Positions 61,649 through 64,000 of a stretch of DNA of 64,000 bases are shown here, piece after piece (the first letter of the stretch is position 1; every line of letters begins with the position of its first letter). The notes below the pieces were generated by a model that made no database searches, had not been told where the DNA came from, and worked only from the letters and a program-made list of their open reading frames with translations. Source of the DNA: Candidatus Cloacimonadales bacterium (GTDB lineage: Bacteria > Cloacimonadota > Cloacimonadia > Cloacimonadales > JAIOQZ01); NCBI GenBank assembly GCA_963674825.1, contig OY771587.1:864001-928000 (forward strand), read 5' to 3'. Made by a program: the position numbers and the translations under genes.

Positions 61649-63190
61649 CTAGAATGTGAAACTACTGCCCAGTCGATATCCGTCTGTAGCGCTACTCACG
61701 ATGCCGCCTGCGTATCCGGAGCCTTCACCGATAGGAAATAGATTCTCGCAGTTGACCGAAGCATTGTTGTCCTTACGGCGCAAGATTCTCACCGGTGAGG
61801 ATGTACGCGTCTCTGGCGCGATCAGGAGTCCCTTACCCACAAAACCTGGAACCCGGTGCTCGAAGTATTTCAGTCCAACCTGAATTGCCTTGCTGAGCAC
61901 TTTAGGATAGATCGTGCGCAGGTCATGATTATAGGTTCCTGGGCGATACGAGTTGTGTGCCAGACTGCCCTTCTTCGTGCCACAGAAATCACCCGCAGGC
62001 TGCGATGGCGCGAAATAAGGCATCTGCTCGTTATAGCATCTCTTCTCGATCATGCGCTGAAAGGCGATGCCGTCGAGTGGCTTCGATCCGAAATCACGAT
62101 CACCGACCGTCACCACCACTGCGCTGTTGGAGAAATAGGCTTCCCGGTTCGCGAGACTCATTCCGTTGGTAACCTGACACTGCGGCTCGGACGCGGCAGC
62201 AATCACTTCGCCGCCGGGACACATACAGAAGGTGTAAACACCGTAATTCCCAGATTTTGCAGTCATGCGGTAGGTCGCGGCACCAGAAAGGGAGAAGTCG
62301 GTCTTATCGCCATAAAACGCTTCGTCGATGAACTGACGCGGATGCTCTATACGGAAACCCACCGCAAAGGGCTTGGCCTCGATGCGGATTCCGCGCTCAT
62401 GAAGCATCTCGAAGGTGTCCCGCGCTGAATTACCCAGCGCTATTACCACGACTTCCGGTGAGAGCGTCATATCGCCGACACGGAGCTGGGTGATTCGCTC
62501 GTTCTGGAAGGTTACATCCTCCAGTTTATGGCGCCAAAAGAACTTGCAGCCCTGCTCTTCGAGCCAGTTACGCATTCTTACGATAATTGCGCGAATTCCG
62601 TCTGAGCCGAGATGCGGATGGGAATCGATGCTAATATCCTCCGGTGCTCCGAAACGAATAAACGTCTCAAAAACATTGTTGGAAAAGCCATCGCGACTGC
62701 GCGCCGTCAGTTTGCCGTCGGAGAATGTCCCCGCTCCGCCTTCACCGAACTGCGCGTTCGATTCGGGGTCGAGCTCGCCGGTTCGCCAGAAGTTCTCGAC
62801 CTGTTGAACGCGATCCGCCATGGCGTCGCCACGGTCGAAAATCCACGGTTTCAAGCCATTTTCCACCATCGCCACCGCAGTGAAAAGTCCTGCCGGCCCC
62901 GCGCCGATGATAACCGGGTTCTCCGAAGAAAGCTTGGTTACTGGCAGCTCATCCAGTGGCTTGATAGTATACGCATCGAGGTCCGGATGCGGATTGGGCG
63001 TTTTACGGAAATCGACCAGAAGCGTGTAGATCCATTTGAGCTGATTGCGTTTTCTCGCGTCGAGAGACCTGCGCAGTACAGTGCAACCGGTGAGTTCTTC
63101 AGCCGGGATTCGCAGCTTGGCTGCTGCCGCCTGAAGGTAGTCTGGATGGCTTGATAACGGTACGATCACGTTCTTGATCTGGTATTGCAT
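61649..63190 (-). CDS. Uncharacterised FAD-dependent oxidoreductase (COG2509-like)
   Basis: RRSLDARK, IGAGPAG, FGEGGAGTFSDGKL, FCMCPGG, ETRTSSPVRI, GEGSGYAGGIVS. Confidence 0.88.
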   Translation of the reverse strand: MQYQIKNVIVPLSSHPDYLQAAAAKLRIPAEELTGCTVLRRSLDARKRNQLKWIYTLLVDFRKTPNPHPDLDAYTIKPLDELPVTKLSSENPVIIGAGPAGLFTAVAMVENGLKPWIFDRGDAMADRVQQVENFWRTGELDPESNAQFGEGGAGTFSDGKLTARSRDGFSNNVFETFIRFGAPEDISIDSHPHLGSDGIRAIIVRMRNWLEEQGCKFFWRHKLEDVTFQNERITQLRVGDMTLSPEVVVIALGNSARDTFEMLHERGIRIEAKPFAVGFRIEHPRQFIDEAFYGDKTDFSLSGAATYRMTAKSGNYGVYTFCMCPGGEVIAAASEPQCQVTNGMSLANREAYFSNSAVVVTVGDRDFGSKPLDGIAFQRMIEKRCYNEQMPYFAPSQPAGDFCGTKKGSLAHNSYRPGTYNHDLRTIYPKVLSKAIQVGLKYFEHRVPGFVGKGLLIAPETRTSSPVRILRRKDNNASVNCENLFPIGEGSGYAGGIVSSATDGYRLGSSFTF

Positions 63191-63249
63191 GGCTTGTTCC
63201 TTGTTGTTACGCTGTTCGAGCTGAGCTATAGAATGTTCTTTATAAGCCG

Positions 63250-63275
63250 ACCCTTCGACTCCGCTCAGGGTGACA
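63250..63275. repeat. REP-like palindromic repeat, copy 2
   Basis: acccttcgactccgctcagggtgaca. Confidence 0.8.
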
Positions 63276-63292
63276 CTGCATGATCGATAACG

Positions 63293-63315
63293 AAAAAAGG
63301 CGCCATTTGGCGCCT
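63293..63315 (-). terminator. Terminator after tRNA-Phe
   Basis: AGGCGCCA-A-ATGGCGCC-TTTTTT on -. Confidence 0.75.
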
Positions 63316-63321
63316 AATATA

Positions 63322-63397
63322 TGGTGGCAGGACCCAGACTTGAACTGGGGACACAAGGCTTTTCAGGCCTCTGCTCTACCAACTGAGCTATCCCGCC
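63322..63397 (-). tRNA. tRNA-Phe(GAA)
   Basis: GGCGGGA...GAGGC CT GAA AA GCCTT...TTCAAGT...TCCTGCC ACCA. Confidence 0.96.
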
Positions 63398-63472
63398 TCT
63401 TGCTATCGGTGAAAAGCAAAAAACATTTTCCGAGTTAACGTGTCAAGCAAAATGATGAAAAAAGGTGGATGC

Positions 63473-64000
63473 TTACCTGCCTGGTCGATAATCAATCAGT
63501 TCGATTTTCTCCCACATACGATATTCGGCGACAGGCCCAACTCCCAGCGAATCGGTAACTTCAGTCACACCAAAATCTGCCCAGAGAAGCGCTACACCAC
63601 ATGGCGCATAGTAATAGTGAATTGGTTCTATATATCGATCATCGAAGAAAATAGTCTTTGTCTTATGCACACATGACAAATTTTCATACGGAACTTCGAT
63701 GATGCTCTGACCAATAATCTTGTTTACCACTCCTGATGAGTTATCATCTGTGTCATAGCTCCATTGATGACCGGACTCCGAATGATAGGGCATAAGCAAT
63801 CTGTAATCAGATGTCGTCTTTGCAAACCAGGTTTTCTCCGTAGGGAAATTCGGCTCGAATCCAGGAAATATGGATGGCGTATAATTATTGCGACCTGGTA
63901 TACCAATTCCGACACCGTCATAGCCTACCCGGTACACTCCGTCATTGAGGTTCGCTATGTAATCTCTACCGTAAATGTGTCCCGTGGAATCATTAACCAC
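63473..64000 (-). CDS. Hypothetical protein; 5' end outside the window
   Basis: Open frame to the window edge; C-terminal YYYAPCGVAL...ELIDY resembles the ends of secreted beta-rich proteins. Confidence 0.6.
   Translation of the reverse strand: MVNDSTGHIYGRDYIANLNDGVYRVGYDGVGIGIPGRNNYTPSIFPGFEPNFPTEKTWFAKTTSDYRLLMPYHSESGHQWSYDTDDNSSGVVNKIIGQSIIEVPYENLSCVHKTKTIFFDDRYIEPIHYYYAPCGVALLWADFGVTEVTDSLGVGPVAEYRMWEKIELIDYRPGR

Overview
This 64-kb window is a core-genome segment of a diderm bacterium. It is most likely from the FCB group and probably Cloacimonadota-like; this is inferred from T9SS PorU/PorV-like genes, an archaeal-type ProRS, a bS22-like peptide and strong Shine-Dalgarno use, and was not verified by search. 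Positions 1-43.1 kb lie almost entirely on the minus strand. In transcription order they carry: thrU-tyrU-glyT-thrT-tuf-rpmG-tRNA-Trp-secE-nusG-rplKAJL-rpoBC-rpsL-rpsG-fusA; a STAS protein and a receiver-HATPase fusion; prmC, murA, mnmA, an epimerase, comEC, a GT9 and an outer-membrane barrel; a long (Alu-type) SRP RNA; and hisS-proS-cinA-purD-C25 peptidase-porV-lipoprotein-SLBB-wzc-ispE. Positions 43.4-55.8 kb are a signalling-rich block (five histidine-kinase-like genes, two sigma54 activators, HU, a bS22-like peptide). After it come rpmB, a DUF355 kinase-thpR-recA-recX run, pepA, an FAD protein and tRNA-Phe. I saw no CRISPR array, transposase, integrase or prophage. Best leads: (1) a PAS kinase and sigma54 activator followed by a near-consensus sigma54 promoter in front of a sensor-less kinase-like protein that keeps its His but has lost its ATP-binding boxes; (2) a densely structured ~290-nt RNA element in the rplL-rpoB leader; (3) a str-operon EF-G with altered domain IV tips, followed by a partner-switching module; (4) an ispE frame whose nearest ATG lies just upstream of the (TAY)12 tyrosine cluster inside wzc; (5) a dispersed covarying palindromic repeat family. 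All calls come from reading the sequence; no searches or folding were run.
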